Part shown: positions 24,854 through 38,140 of the stretch, piece by piece
Layout of the letters: every line of letters starts with the position of its first letter
Numbering within the stretch: position 1 is the stretch's first letter
DNA from: Paraspadella gotoi
Lineage: Eukaryota; Animalia; Chaetognatha
Assembly (NCBI GenBank): GCA_051294375.1
Contig: JBJCIZ010000028.1
Location: forward strand, 202,100-266,099
Reading direction: 5' to 3'
DNA: 64,000 nucleotides
Notes under the pieces: model-generated
Told to the model about the DNA's origin: nothing
The model's input: only the letters and a program-made list of their open reading frames with translations
Databases searched by the model: none
Translations under genes and position numbers: made by a program

Positions 24854-25080
24854 CTTTTCTCCTTGAATCTTGTCTTCCTTCTTTCTCCAATCGCCATCCC
24901 TTCAGTGACGTCCCGCCCTTCTCTTTCTCATCAAATGGGATCTTCGTTACTGACGCAAGAAAATTCGACCAGTGATCCAATAGAAATGACCGCGTCGCGA
25001 TCCCGGACAAAGACTCGACGCAAAACGCAAATTTGTGCAGAAGAAAAAAAGGTTTTTGTTGACGAGAAAATGAAATTCTT
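24854..25080 (-). pseudogene. Variable exon with indels: ...DAVISIGSLVEFSCVSNEDPI...EGMAIGERRKTRFKEKR
   Basis: AG|GTTATG donor; upstream element near 25115; start codon unclear. Confidence 0.6.
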
Positions 25081-25794
25081 TTCGAAAGCGGATGTGTGTG
25101 GAAAAGAGGAAAAAGACCGGTAGCGACGAAGAGCGGGAAACGAAAGAATATATATCGACAATATAGAGAAACAAAAGACGTTGACGATCCAGAGTAGCGG
25201 GGAGCGATGAGTTGAGAAGCTTTTTTTAAACAATTCAAAATTAAAAATAAAAANNNNNNNNNNNNNNNNNNNNNNNNNATCAGAGGACGCAGAGATGAGG
25301 GAGAAAGTATGTAAACGGTCTTAATAAAGTTGTATATTCCCCATCCTAGCGAATCTCCGAGAAGCAAGTAAACGAAAGGGCTCTAAAAAATACTTTTTTG
25401 TTTAAAATAGAACTTACCTGGACGGCATTTGACCGAAAAAAAATAAAAGACAGACATGTCGTTATAAACAATTTTACGTAACGCAGATACGGTAGGCGGT
25501 CTAAAGTACAAACAGCAGACAAGAGACTGACAGAGAGGCAGGCGGACCGGACAAATAGACACGACGGACGGAACACACTCAGAAATTTAAAAAACGAACA
25601 AATATATTTTAGTTAAAAAAAAAAGGAAATATTTACTTTACAGATACACAGGCACATTATAGTTAGGTATATACAGACGTACAGAACCGTGGGGGGAAAA
25701 AAGAATACGCGACAAATAAAAAGACGTAAAGAAAAAGCTTCAAACATTACTATACAAATTTAGCATTCATCATTTACATACAAATTTAGTTTAC

Positions 25795-26045
25795 CGATGG
25801 TTCCTTGAAACTGAACTGTTCTCTTGTCGCCGACCGCGAGAACTTCTCATGCCTTCGTCGCGTTCCCTCTAATTCGGTTCCATATCGGCGCCGAGTTGGA
25901 ATCGCAGAGAATTCGCGTCGCGGCCCGGAAACCGCGATCGTCCGGAAATCGTTGTTGTTGTCGTTTCGTACGGCGATCGAAGAGAATTCGCGAGTTTGAG
26001 GCGAAAGAATGAGGCAAAGAATCGCGACAAAGTTGAAAAGAACAT
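25795..26045 (-). pseudogene. Variable exon with indels: MFFSTLSRFF...CDSNSAPIWNRIRG...LAVGDKR...
   Basis: Family motifs spread across frames; CG|GTAAAC donor. Confidence 0.6.
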
Positions 26046-26942
26046 TTTTTTTGTTGGAGACTTCGAGGACAAAGTGAAAAAAAGGACAAAGGAGAAAAGG
26101 AGACAAGAATTTTCCAAGAAGCTGACGACTGTGCGACAGAAGGATGTTAAGAAGATTGGAAAGGAAAAGAAACTACTAACGCCGCCGCGCGGGATTCGAA
26201 TGAAACTATAGGTTGCGTGGAATGAGAAACAAAAGGAACGTCGAGAACTAGAAGATTCGAATTGAAATTGTCTCTTAAACAGGATATGTTTTGCTAGGTA
26301 TTAAATTACGAAAATCCGATAAACTGACGGCCGAGATATTAAGTATTGCTAAATTACTGTACATAATAAAAGTATACATGACATCATTAAGCATACGGGT
26401 AAAACCCTTCGAGGTAAGTAAGTAAGTAAGTATGCAAGTTACATACAAATGAGCTATTTTACCGTACCACCTAATTTATATTTATATAGTGGATAAACTT
26501 ATGTCTCTCTACTAAACAGACCACAATTGCAAAAATAACGAGAAAGTTACAGGAAGGAATAGTCATAATTCAACATCATTACTTAAGGATAATTAAATAC
26601 AATTTTTTATAATAACTTTAGTTAAATGTTAGCAATTATGGAACTCAGTTTTATTTAAAGTATATTTTTATGATCACTGCAATATGCAAATTAGAATATT
26701 AAATTAATGTCCGTAAGAAGGAAAAGAAAAGAAACAAATTTAAGGTTTTATAAATCACCAAAATTCAAATACATTTGATTTTATTTTGCATGAAAGTGCG
26801 TTAAGTTCCGAATATTATTCGTTTTCTACCATCATTTATCTTCTCAATTATCATTCAAAAATAATACGCGATAGAATGTTTAGAAAGTTAGATAGTTTAA
26901 AGAGTTCACACGTTACATCCTCACGCGAATCTGATATTTTAC

Positions 26943-27196
26943 CGTTGATCACGAAATCCCATCATCTTTCTTTCTCCCACAGCGAGACTTTTCATATTTC
27001 GATCTCTGATTCGATTCCAAACTGGAGATTCGATGGAAACGCAAGAAAATTGGATGGAAGATCCGGAGAACGAAACGGAGAAAGTTTCAGGCGATGCTGA
27101 GATAAACGAGGGCATAATGCCGAAGATGCAGAGAAAGGAGAGGAGGAACTTGGGTATCGAAGGTTTAAGAAGCGAGGAAGGGATAAACTTGGGCAT
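26943..27196 (-). CDS. Variable first exon, intact: MPKFIPSSLL...QFSCVSIESPVWNRI...SLAVGERKMMGFRDQR
   Basis: CG|GTAAAA donor; 254 nt; upstream element 27285. Confidence 0.87.
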
Positions 27197-27353
27197 TTTT
27201 CTGTGATTTTTTATGCTTTGATAGTTGAATAAAGAAATTTTGTGGCCGAGAAATGGGAAGGAAATGGAGAAGGATAACGGAAGAGACTAGCAGAGACACC
27301 GAGCGTATGAATGTTGAATGAGTAGAAAAAACAAAAGATCTTTCGACGGACAC

Positions 27354-27440
<87 letters not shown>

Positions 27441-27821
27441 GATTGTAAATATTTTTTTGCGTTTAAGACAGTAAAAAAAATTCTTTTTTTCTGTCAAAGT
27501 TAGCTAATTCAAAATATATTTCGTAGAAACCGTAAAGAAATTTCTAAAGATATTCCAACATTCTCAAAGATAAAAAAAGACAGGACAAAATTTAACCGAA
27601 TTAACACGGACAGACGGACACAAATAGACGAACGCAAAGACTAACAGACAGAGAGAAAAAATACTCAGTTAAAGAAAGGGCAGATAGGCAAACGAATAGA
27701 CAGACAAGCAAAGGAACAGTCAGACACACTGAGACAGAGCGATACGAATAGACGGACGGACAGGAGATTAGGAGACAGACAGACCAATGACCGGACAGAC
27801 AGACCCCCCCCCCGATTCTAC

Positions 27822-28042
27822 CTCTGATCTTTGAATCGCATCGTCTTCTTATTTCCGACTCCCAAAATCTGAGTTTCGCCTCGACTTTGAATTCGATACC
27901 AAATCGGATCTTCGATGGAATCGCAACGAAATTCCATGATGGAACCGGAAAGCGAGACGAGTGATTCCATCGAAATAGAGAGGTGGAGAAGAGAGGAGAA
28001 GAGGAGGAGAGAGAAGAAGAGAGGAGAGAGGAGGCGAGACAT
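27822..28042 (-). CDS. Variable first exon, intact: MSRLLSPLFF...EFRCDSIEDPIWYRI...ILGVGNKKTMRFKDQR
   Basis: AG|GTAGAA donor; 221 nt; upstream element 28133. Confidence 0.88.
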
Positions 28043-28434
28043 TGTTTATTTGTGTAGTTTGGTTGGAGATAGAAAAATAAAGATAGGATGGCGTTTGAGA
28101 AGATGAAAGGTAATGAAGAGGAGAGAGGAAAGGATGGGTAGAGACGCCGAACGGGAAAATAGGGAATGAATAAAGAAACAAAAGGCTATCGCGGTTTTTG
28201 ACTTGAATGACGAAGAAAACATTTCATTTACATCATATGAGAAGAGAGAAAAAATGAAAGGATCAAGAAATTTAAAAAAAAACGTTTAGAACGAAATGTT
28301 TACCCCACGAACTTATCAAAAATAAATTATGCACACTTTTGAATTTTACTTAATTTTCATTATTCAATGGTGACTAAACAAAGTAGGATTGAAAGAAAAC
28401 AAATGGACGATGGAGATGAAACAGACATATTAGA

Positions 28435-28436
<2 letters not shown>

Positions 28437-28532
<96 letters not shown>

Positions 28533-28533
28533 T
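28437..28533. repeat. (ATT)n microsatellite
   Basis: Direct inspection. Confidence 0.95.
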
Positions 28534-28856
28534 ACATATTAGATTATATTAGACAATAATTACGAAGGACACAAGACAAAATATAAAGTCGAATTACATT
28601 TAAATTATATTTGTAGTATCTTTTGTCTTTATGCCTCGTCAAAATCAGATTTAAATTTAATTTAATTAAATTGAATTGAACATCACATTTTCACTTCTTC
28701 CTCAAACAACCTCCACGTAAAAACAAAATTCCTACTTTTATCAAAAATGAAAACAAAAAACAAAAACTTGAAAATTCAACATTAAAATTGTCAAAGGAAC
28801 GAGTACCGGTTATTCCGACAAACAAACATTCGGTTCTAACTGTAAAACTGTTGCAC

Positions 28857-29074
28857 CTTTCGTCGTTAAATCTAGATTTCGGTTTCGTTCCAAGAGCGAT
28901 TCCCTGTAGCTCTTTTTGATTGTCGGTTTTCATTAACCACATCGGAGTTTCGGCCGAAGAGCAGGAAATTCGGACTTTCGATCCGAGAAAAGCGACTTTC
29001 GTCGTTGGTAATGAGTTCGAAAGATGAAGTAAAAATGAGGAAATGATGAAGAAATGAATCTTTAAATTCGCCAT
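28857..29074 (-). CDS. Variable first exon, intact: MANLKIHFFII...RISCSSAETPMW...GIALGTKPKSRFNDER
   Basis: AG|GTGCAA donor; 218 nt. Confidence 0.87.
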
Positions 29075-29652
29075 CTTTGTTTTTGAGAAGGAAAAGAAAA
29101 GATTTCTTGATTTGTCGTCTCTTTCGGTAAAAGAGCTCCGGAATAGATGAGCCTTGGGAAATAACTCGTAGCGACCTCAAGCGAGAAACGGCAGAACTAT
29201 GGACTGTTCTTGAAGAAAGAGAAAACAAAAGGCTTGGCTGAAAGAATGAGACTGCAAATATCGATAAATATTTGTGTTTTAAAAAAACGAAAAATGTTAA
29301 GTAGTCGCCTCACATGGAATGAATAGTGAATAGTGTGAATACATGCAATCTAAGAGAACATTGCAATGGAAAAAACCAATTCATATTTTGAGATGTTGAC
29401 TTTTAATTTGAACTAATTCTTTAGTTTCGAATTTCTCATTTTTTGATAGAAGACAAAAACAGAATATACTCTTAAAGAAAAAACTAAAGATTAAACCTTA
29501 CAATTTCAATTATATGTCGGTGTTTTTTGTCAAAAATAGCAAGATCTGATGAATAAAAACTTTTTTTTAAAGTTTAAGCCGAAAAAACTCTTTTCATGAC
29601 GAAAAATACTATATGCAAATGTGAATTTAAGCAAGATCAAATGACAATTTAG

Positions 29653-29716
<64 letters not shown>

Positions 29717-29732
29717 AGAGAGTTCACAATAC

Positions 29733-29954
29733 TTCGTTCTTAAACCGCGACTTTGGTTTTTCCCCGAACGCAATTCCTTGCAACTGATGGTGTTGATTCT
29801 GCTGCATCAGCCACATTGGTGTCTCGGCAGAATCGCAAAACAACGACGCCTTCGAGCCAAGAATCGCAATCAGGTCGATGGGCGTGGAAATTGCGAGAGA
29901 AAACAATTCGAGGAAAAAGAAAAGAAAAAACGAGCAGACGATCGGATTCATCAT
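29733..29954 (-). CDS. Variable first exon, near-intact: MMNPIVCSFF...LFCDSAETPMW...GIAFGEKPKSRFKNE(R)
   Basis: 2-nt loss at the donor relative to copy A (18915), which keeps AG|GTATTG. Confidence 0.78.
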
Positions 29955-30568
29955 TTTGAGAAATGTATTAAAATAGTTTTCGAAATATTTATTTAGGAAA
30001 TATTCGTTGGGAAAAAAAGAAGTCAAATTTAGAAATTTAGGTGCAGAGAGAGAATCAGACGGATTGGACAAAGGAAACCACGAGCGACGTCGAGCGAAAC
30101 GCAAAAGAATTACAGTCAAAAACAAAAGACGTCCCGAGAAGAAAGCGGGATTCTATAAAATGTAAGTTGGCGCGGGAAGTTTTGAAAAACGGTTTCAATA
30201 GTTAAAATGTTGATCAGAGAAATAGAGTTTCATTACATTTGTTTACTGTTCAAAAGGACCAACGGCAAACAATAAGTTTGATCAAATAATTACGTCAAGT
30301 CGCGAGAAATAAGTCGTTTTAGAAAGGGAAATCTTGATACAGATGTTTTATTAATACGTTTTCTTGATTCAGAATACAAAATGCAAATTAGTTTTTCACA
30401 AAAAGAAGGAATTAAGGAACGAAAACAGAATTTAGATATGTAGAACACATAATAATATGTCAATTAAATAAAGTATTAGAATCTAAAGTGAAGTTTGTGA
30501 GAAAGAATTCGCTATATGTAATACGTAATGTAATTGTAATAAAGTAATAAAATCAGCACCGAATTTAC

Positions 30569-30792
30569 CGATCGTCTTGGAACCGCGCCATCTTCGCGGC
30601 GCCGATTGCGATGGAACCGAAGTTTTCGGCGCCTTTGATCCGATTCCAAACCGGAAGCGACGCTGAGACGCAAGAAAAAGAGGCGGCGTCGCCGACTCGT
30701 GAGACGCGAGTGGCCGACGGAGAAGCGGACGAAGAAGCCGACGAAGAAGCCGACAAAATTGCAAAGACCGACAGAAATAAAACCGAAATCAT
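30569..30792 (-). CDS. Variable first exon, intact: MISVLFLSVF...SFSCVSASLPVWNRI...SIAIGAAKMARFQDDR
   Basis: CG|GTAAAT donor; 224 nt. Confidence 0.88.
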
Positions 30793-31411
30793 TTTTTTAT
30801 TTGATTTAAAAGGAAGAATTGAAAATCAAAAACCGAGAGAAAGAAAAGAGAAGAGATATCGTAGCAGAGTAAGAGATTCTCTCTTGACCGAAACGACCGC
30901 TAGAGACATCGAGCGGGAAAAGATTCGCGAATGGAGAAAGTTAAAAAACAAAAGACGTTCGTCTGTAAAGTCGTACTTTGTCTATCATTGCGATCGGTTG
31001 ATGTAATTTATGTAGTTTCTTTTACAAAACTACAAATTATAAACAAGTAGGATAAAGAATGATCCAATATAAAGTTAAGATGATTAAAAAAAAAGTTATT
31101 TGCGAGTAAAATAATTCGATGTTTGCTTTCATCCAATTTATTTTTTAAAGATTGCATAGATTATACGAAGGAAAGATGACTCATAATTTAACGTGTATTA
31201 ATTTTACGTCTGATTTAGTAACTCTAATTCTTCATGTAAAAAAGAAAGAAATATTCAGATTTCGTTTTAAAAAATATCCGATAAAACATAACGAGGAATT
31301 AAAATATATAAGTAAAATAGTTAAGGAAATAAGAAGAGAGCTCAGCGACAGAGACAATAGACAAATAATATCACGACAGGGCAATCAAACAACAACAACA
31401 ACAACATCAAC

Positions 31412-31665
31412 CTTTCGTCGATCGACGCTCCTTTCGCTCGACCACCGACGCCGATCGACCGCAACTCATTCTGCCGCAAATTCTGCTGCAACCAAATCGG
31501 AATCTCAGCAGCAGAGACGCAAGAAAAGTCGACGGCAGCGCCGGAGTTGGTCGCGCGGAAATCGCCGGATTGGGCGGCGGATATGAAGGACAAGGTGGTC
31601 AGAATGAAGGACAAACGGAGGGACAAAGTCGAGGAAAAGAAGGACAAGGAGAGAAGAGAAGACAT
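31412..31665 (-). CDS. Variable first exon, intact: MSSLLSLSFF...DFSCVSAAEIPIW...SIGVGGRAKGASIDER
   Basis: AG|GTTGAT donor; 254 nt; upstream element near 31716. Confidence 0.82.
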
Positions 31666-32567
31666 TGTTTGAATCGGCGAGGCGAGGAGAATTCGAGATT
31701 AATGGGAGAATAAGGAGACTAGTAGCGACATCACGAGAGGAAAGGCGGAAGGTTGCGGAAGAAAAGTTTAACAAAAGAACAGCATTTGGTTCGAATTTTC
31801 TCTTTGAAGAAAGAAGGGCAAAGAGAAAGAAAGAAATACAATTTTTTTTTAATACCGAAAACAGTAACTATATCGGCATCAAAATCAATAACAAAGGGCT
31901 TCACAAATAAAAATTACCTAAGATCAAAGATGGACAGAAAAACAAAAATCATTAGACAAAGATAGAAACTGACATACAGATTTTTTAAAGTCAAATACAG
32001 GAATTGTTTTTTTTTAAAGACTGGAAAACTAAACTATGAATTCAAATTCAATAAAAACAAAAGACACTAACGTTTAAAATCATTAATAAAAGTTATGAAC
32101 TAATTCATAAGAAACTACAAAAAATAACGTTCAAGGAAAAATGTCAAATGTCAAGAGAAGCAATAGTTTTTTTTTTAAATTTATAATTATAATGTGTTAA
32201 AGTAAAGGGCAGAGGGACCACAATGCTATTAATAGAAATAAAAAACTAACAAAGAGTCGCTAAAAACGAATTTACAAGAAAAATTTTGAGGTCTTCCCAT
32301 CATTGTATTGAAATTTACGTCAACGACATATCCCGCATTCGTTTGCTCTTTAAATAAATTAAAATACCTCGATCACCCAAGTTGATCATTCAAATTTATT
32401 GACAATACCATTCATATAGTTCACGACAAATAATGTTAACCGTTCAATGATTTTTGTTGAATTGTATAGAAAATAAACGCGGAAAATCTAAATAGTTGAC
32501 GAAAATTACAGTAGTAAAATGAGATTAGAATATATTTCGTTTTTTAAAAAATAGCCGCAATTTTAGG

Positions 32568-32624
<57 letters not shown>

Positions 32625-32637
32625 AGAGGACATTCAC

Positions 32638-32845
32638 CTCTCATCACGAATCTTTCCATCCTGACTTTTCCACCAAAGGCCATTGCACAACTATCGACTC
32701 CATGTTTCATCCAAACCGGATCAGTTTTCGATTGACAAGAAAATAGAACTGACGTCGACGCCGTCGCGACTTTGTGATCTCGGAGGACTGTTTCGGCGGA
32801 GACGAGGATAACCGACGAAAACAGCGAGAAAACAAGAAAAAACAT
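32638..32845 (-). CDS. Variable first exon, near-intact: MFFLVFSLFSSVILVSA...LFSCQSKTDPVW...AMAFGG...
   Basis: AG|GTGAAT donor; a 1-nt shift near the 3' end would restore RF-x-DER. Confidence 0.75.
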
Positions 32846-33667
32846 TTTCGTTTCCTTTGTTTGTTTCTTCTGTTTCGTCAATAATAGACGGAGATTTTGA
32901 GCGACGATTGATGGAAGGAGACAAGTCTAGCAAAGAATTGAGACAGGTAGAGACGCTTAGTGTGAAGTAGAAAAACGAAAAATAGACAAAAGGCTAACGT
33001 TCAAAAGCGGTTTAAAAAAAAAAGCAGTAGATTAATGGATAATAGGATAAAACGATAGTGTTTTTAGAAGAGACATCTGCTTTAAAATTCTATTTATGTT
33101 GCTTAAACAAAAGCAAAAAATGTTTTAATTGTTTAAAAGTTTAAATAGGATTTGATTATCGTTTTCGTAAGAGTAAAACAGCTACCAGTTTGAACAAAAA
33201 ACAACTGACAGAATTTGAAGGCAAGATCGTCATGTTAGGAAACTGCAAAGCAACACAACACAACTCAACACAACAANNNNNNNNNNNNNNNNNNNNNNNN
33301 NNNNNNNNNNNNNNNNNNNNNNNNNNNNNNNNNNNNNNNNNNNNNNNNNNNNNNNNNNNNNNNNNNNNNNNNNNNNNNNNNNNNNNNNNNNNNNNNNNNN
33401 NNNNNNNNNNNNNNNNNNNNNNNNNNNNNNNNNNNNNNNNNNNNNNNNNNNNNNNNNNNNNNNNNNNNNNNNNNNNNNNNNNNNNNNNNNNNNNNNNNNN
33501 NNNAGACAATGTTGTAATACTTCTTATAAAACCAAGAATCTAATGAATCAATTTAGTTAAGTTTTGACAAAATAACTTGAAAACGTATAGGGTAAATGAA
33601 TTATCAAATCATGCATGAAAAACTAATGCAACGCTTCAACAAGACCAAACTATCTTTCTCTTTTTAC

Positions 33668-33876
33668 CGACTGTCTTTGAATCGCGCCATCCTTTTCTCG
33701 CCAATGGCCAAGTTCCACAACGAGTCGCCATCTTGGATTCGATTCCAAATCGGAAGAGTTTTCGAGTCGCAAGAGAATTTCGTTTCTGAGCCGACAACAA
33801 CGACGACGTCGGCCAACGAAGACGTCGGTTTTACCGACAAAAGGAGAAACAAAGAAAGTAAAGATTCGAATTTCAT
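33668..33876 (-). CDS. Variable first exon, intact: MKFESLLSLF...KFSCDSKTLPIWNRI...NLAIGEKRMARFKDSR
   Basis: CG|GTAAAA donor; 209 nt; upstream element 33951. Confidence 0.9.
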
Positions 33877-34276
33877 TTTCGTATTTCAGAGATGAAAAGT
33901 GAGTTAAATAGTCAAGGATGGATTCTTTGGATGTCGGTTAGGAAGAAGGAGACCAGTGGAGACGCCGAACGGAGAAAATNNNNNNNNNNNNNNNNNNNNN
34001 NNNNNNNNNNNNNNNNNNNNNNNNNNNNNNNNNNNNNNNNNNNNNNNNNNNNNNNNNNNNNNNNNNNNNNNNNNNNNNNNNNNNNNNNNNNNNNNNNNNN
34101 NNNNNNNNNNNNNNNNNNNNNNNNNNNNNNNNNNNNNNNNNNNNNNNNNNNNNNNNNATTAACAACAAAAGATACTTGAATGAGCGAAATAACGATCCGA
34201 GAGCAGAAAATATTCTTGGAAGAAGCATTTATAAGTCATAAGTCACAAAAATATAAACACCCGATATTTGTATCAA

Positions 34277-34313
34277 GCTAGGATGGCCGAGTGGTTAAGG
34301 CGTTAGACTTAAG
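34277..34313 (+). tRNA. tRNA-Leu(UAA), 5' half, rest in gap
   Basis: gctaggatggccgagtggttaaggcgttagacttaag then Ns. Confidence 0.7.
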
Positions 34314-34580
34314 NNNNNNNNNNNNNNNNNNNNNNNNNNNNNNNNNNNNNNNNNNNNNNNNNNNNNNNNNNNNNNNNNNNNNNNNNNNNNNNNNNNNNNN
34401 NNNNNNNNNNNNNNNNNNNNNNNNNNNNNNNNNNNNNNNNNNNNNNNNNNNNNNNNNNNNNNNNNNNNNNNNNNNNNNNNNNNNNNNNNNNNNNNNNNNN
34501 NNNNNNNNNNNNNNNNNNNNNNNNNNNNNNNNNNNNNNNNNNNNNNNNNNNNNNNNNNNNNNNNNNNNNNNNNNNNNNNN

Positions 34581-34609
34581 CTTCGTGGGTTCGAACCCCA
34601 CTCCTAGCA
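34581..34609 (+). tRNA. tRNA-Leu, 3' part, rest in gap
   Basis: cttcgtgggttcgaaccccactcctagca after Ns. Confidence 0.65.
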
Positions 34610-35039
34610 ACTTGATTTTTGTGTTTAAGAACGTCATTTAGTACGCACGTAAGGAGGTGTGATAGCCTTCTCAAATTAATTTTAGTAATTATAAAAAAGT
34701 ATAATTAAACTATAAATGATTTAAATTTTAAAATAAAANNNNNNNNNNNNNNNNNNNNNNNNNNNNNNNNNNNNNNNNNNNNNNNNNNNNNNNNNNNNNN
34801 NNNNNNNNNNNNNNNNNNNNNNNNNNNNNNNNNNNNNNNNNNNNNNNNNNNNNNNNNNNNNNNNNNNNNNNNNNNNNNNNNNNNNNNNNNNNNNNNNNNN
34901 NNNNNNNNNNNNNNNNNNNNNNNNNNNNNNNNNNNNNNNNNNNNNNNNNNNNNNNNNNNNNNNNNNNNNNNNNNNNNNNNNNNNNNNNNNNNNNNNNNNN
35001 NNNNNNNNNNNNNNNNNNNNNNNTTAATAACAAGTTTAC

Positions 35040-35245
35040 CTTTCGTCAGTAAATCTCGCGACTTTCTGAACCCCGAAAGCCAAAGCACGCATATTTTGCG
35101 AATTTTGAATTCGATTCCAAACTGGGGATGAACTCGATTCGCAGTTAAACTTTATCGTCGAACCGAATATAGAGATGACATCGACTCGAGATTCGCCGAA
35201 ACATAATGAAAATAGGGAGACGAAAATAGCGAAGGAAATAAACAT
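35040..35245 (-). CDS. Variable first exon, intact: MFISFAIFVSLF...KFNCESSSSPVWNRI...ALAFGVQKVARFTDER
   Basis: AG|GTAAAC donor; 206 nt. Confidence 0.9.
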
Positions 35246-37032
35246 TGTCTCCTTTGGTTTGAGATTTTTTTAAAAATTTTTAGTGAAATAAAGTTTAAAT
35301 CTATATTACTTAGAATAAATTTACATCATGTAATGTTTTATTTGGCTGTTATTTTAGGAATTGAGATGAAAGAAAACAATTTTTGGGATTCGTCAGGACA
35401 ATCAGATTTTTTATATCAGCAAGAAACAGAGAAAAAGAACCGATGGTGACGCCAAGCGGGAAAATCGAATACGAGGCGGAAAACAAAAGACAGGGACGAA
35501 ACTTGACTTGAATGAAAGAGAAAACCTCAGGCTGGGTTACGGTATAACAGAACTTTAAAAAGGGAAAATTTGGATTGTATTAAAATATTTTTTTTTAATA
35601 TAGTAAGCTATGAGTAAGTAAGGAAGTAAGAAAGAGAGAAAAGAGAAACAAAAATAAGATTTTACTGTGATAATTGTTGTTATTGTGTATANNNNNNNNN
35701 NNNNNNNNNNNNNNNNNNNNNNNNNNNNNNNNNNNNNNNNNNNNNNNNNNNNNNNNNNNNNNNNNNNNNNNNNNNNNNNNNNNNNNNNNNNNNNNNNNNN
35801 NNNNNNNNNNNNNNNNNNNNNNNNNNNNNNNNNNNNNNNNNNNNNNNNNNNNNNNNNNNNNNNNNNNNNNNNNNNNNNNNNNNNNNNNNNNNNNNNNNNN
35901 NNNNNNNNNNNNNNNNNNNNNNNNNNNNNNNNNNNNNNNNNNNNNNNNNNNNNNNNNNNNNNNNNNNNNNNNNNNNNNNNNNNNNNNNNNNNNNNNNNNN
36001 NNNNNNNNNNNNNNNNNNNNNNNNNNNNNNNNNNNNNNNNNNNNNNNNNNNNNNNNNNNNNNNNNNNNNNNNNNNNNNNNNNNNNNNNNNNNNNNNNNNN
36101 NNNNNNNNNNNNNNNNNNNNNNNNNNNNNNNNNNNNNNNNNNNNNNNNNNNNNNNNNNNNNNNNNNNNNNNNNNNNNNNNNNNNNNNNNNNNNNNNNNNN
36201 NNNNNNNNNNNNNNNNNNNNNNNNNNNNNNNNNNNNNNNNNNNNNNNNNNNNNNNNNNNNNNNNNNNNNNNNNNNNNNNNNNNNNNNNNNNNNNNNNNNN
36301 NNNNNNNNNNNNNNNNNNNNNNNNNNNNNNNNNNNNNNNNNNNNNNNNNNNNNNNNNNNNNNNNNNNNNNNNNNNNNNNNNNNNNNNNNNNNNNNNNNNN
36401 NNNNNNNNNNNNNNNNNNNNNNNNNNNNNNNNNNNNNNNNNNNNNNNNNNNNNNNNNNNNNNNNNNNNNNNNNNNNNNNNNNNNNNNNNNNNNNNNNNNN
36501 NNNNNNNNNNNNNNNNNNNNNNNNNNNNNNNNNNNNNNNNNNNNNNNNNNNNNNNNNNNNNNNNNNNNNNNNNNNNNNNNNNNNNNNNNNNNNNNNNNNN
36601 NNNNNNNNNNNNNNNNNNNNNNNNNNATGCAAATTGAATTAACGAGCTTTAAATTTCTGGGAAAATTGAAACGTCGTTCAGTGACGAATTTTGAATTTTA
36701 AACGACGACGACAAAAAAGACGATTGAGATGACAAAAGCTGACAAGACAAGGATGATAATGACCTCGATCGATGACAAAGACAATNNNNNNNNNNNNNNN
36801 NNNNNNNNNNNNNNNNNNNNNNNNNNNNNNNNNNNNNNNNNNNNNNNNNNNNNNNNNNNNNNNNNNNNNNNNNNNNNNNNNNNNNNNNNNNNNNNNNNNN
36901 NNNNNNNNNNNNNNNNNNNNNNNNNNNNNNNNNNNNNNNNNNNNNNNNNNNNNNNNNNNNNNNNNNNNNNNNNNNNNNNNNNNNNNNNNNNNNNNNNNNN
37001 NNNNNNNNNNNNNNNNNNNNNNNNNNNNNNNN

Positions 37033-37141
37033 AAAAGCTCGTCCACGATCCGACCGGCGTCGCTTCGTCGAATGCCGACGACGCCGAAGACGCCGTCAAA
37101 AGAAAGAGGATAATGATACGACGCCGAAATGTAATTTGCAT
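37033..37141 (-). CDS. Partial variable exon, 3' end in gap: MQITFRRRIIILFLLTASSASSAFDEATPVGSWTSF
   Basis: Signal peptide and approach to F-S-C; upstream element 37241. Confidence 0.75.
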
Positions 37142-37399
37142 TTTGCGGTTGATGAAAATTTTGGTTTCAAGGAAAAAGTTAAAGACGCAAGGAGAAATTG
37201 ATGGTTAGAATGAAATAGGGAATAAGATATGGAGAATGAAGACCGGTAGGGACTCCTCGCGGGAAGAGCGAAAGATGGGAAAAAAGAATTAGAAACAAAA
37301 GACGTTGCAATCCGTTGGAAGATAAGTGACACGTTCATTTCAAGAAAGAAAAACTTTGACAAAAGAAAAAGAGCTAGAAATGGAAAGTAGCCAACGCCT

Positions 37400-37482
37400 G
37401 CTAGGATGGCCGAGTGGTTAAGGCGTTAGACTTAAGTTCTAATGGACAAGTGTCTTCGTGGGTTCGAACCCCACTCCTAGCA
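37400..37482 (+). tRNA. tRNA-Leu(UAA)
   Basis: 83-nt cloverleaf: acceptor GCTAGGA/TCCTAGC, anticodon arm TTAGA-CTTAAGT-TCTAA, long variable arm, GTTCGAA T-loop, T-run downstream. Confidence 0.93.
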
Positions 37483-37874
37483 ATCCACTTTTATGTTCAA
37501 AATTGTTGCTTATGATGTCCAAGAACTGACTTATAATGGTTATAAGAATCAAAGTTATTTTTTTCACAAAAAATAAACTATAATAGCTTCACAATAAAGC
37601 ATGTTAAGACTGTTAAGAGTGTATCGCAAATTGTGACGCTCTAATAAGTGGTATTTACAGAATTTCGAATCACGATGGACGTTCAAACCCTTTTAAAGAT
37701 TAAATTTTCGGTTAATTTAAATTAGGTTCTCGAGGTCAAATATAATAAATAAAAAATCTAACATGTTGAATATATTTAGCAAATAACCAATGAACTTTTG
37801 AAATTAAATATTTATTACTAAATTAATTTTAATATAATTAATAGTATGAACATTTATTTTTTTTATAAATTTAC

Positions 37875-38140
37875 CGCGAATCTCCGAACTGCGGCATCTT
37901 AGCGTCGCCGACTGCCAAGTTCTCGAAGGCAATCTGCCCGACGCCGACATTGACCGACATACCGACACTTTTGTCGGTCTCGCGAATTCGACTCCAAATC
38001 GGCGGCCGACGAGACGAACAAGAAAATTCTGTCGACGAGGAAGAGACGAGAGTGGAATGAGACGACGACGATGAAGAAGACGAAACGACGATGCAAACGA
38101 CGACGATGACGAATAACGACGAAAACGACGGGATAAACAT
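37875..38140 (-). CDS. Variable first exon, intact, with long loop insert: MFIPSFSSLF...EFSCSSRRPPIWSRIRETDKSVGMSVNVGVGQIAFENLAVGDAKMPQFGDSR
   Basis: CG|GTAAAT donor; 266 nt; upstream element 38223. Confidence 0.87.

Larger units (their letters stand above)
25040..35690. repeat. Copy B of the ~11-kb tandem duplication
   Basis: See copy A; this copy has mostly intact frames but N-gaps. Confidence 0.9.
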
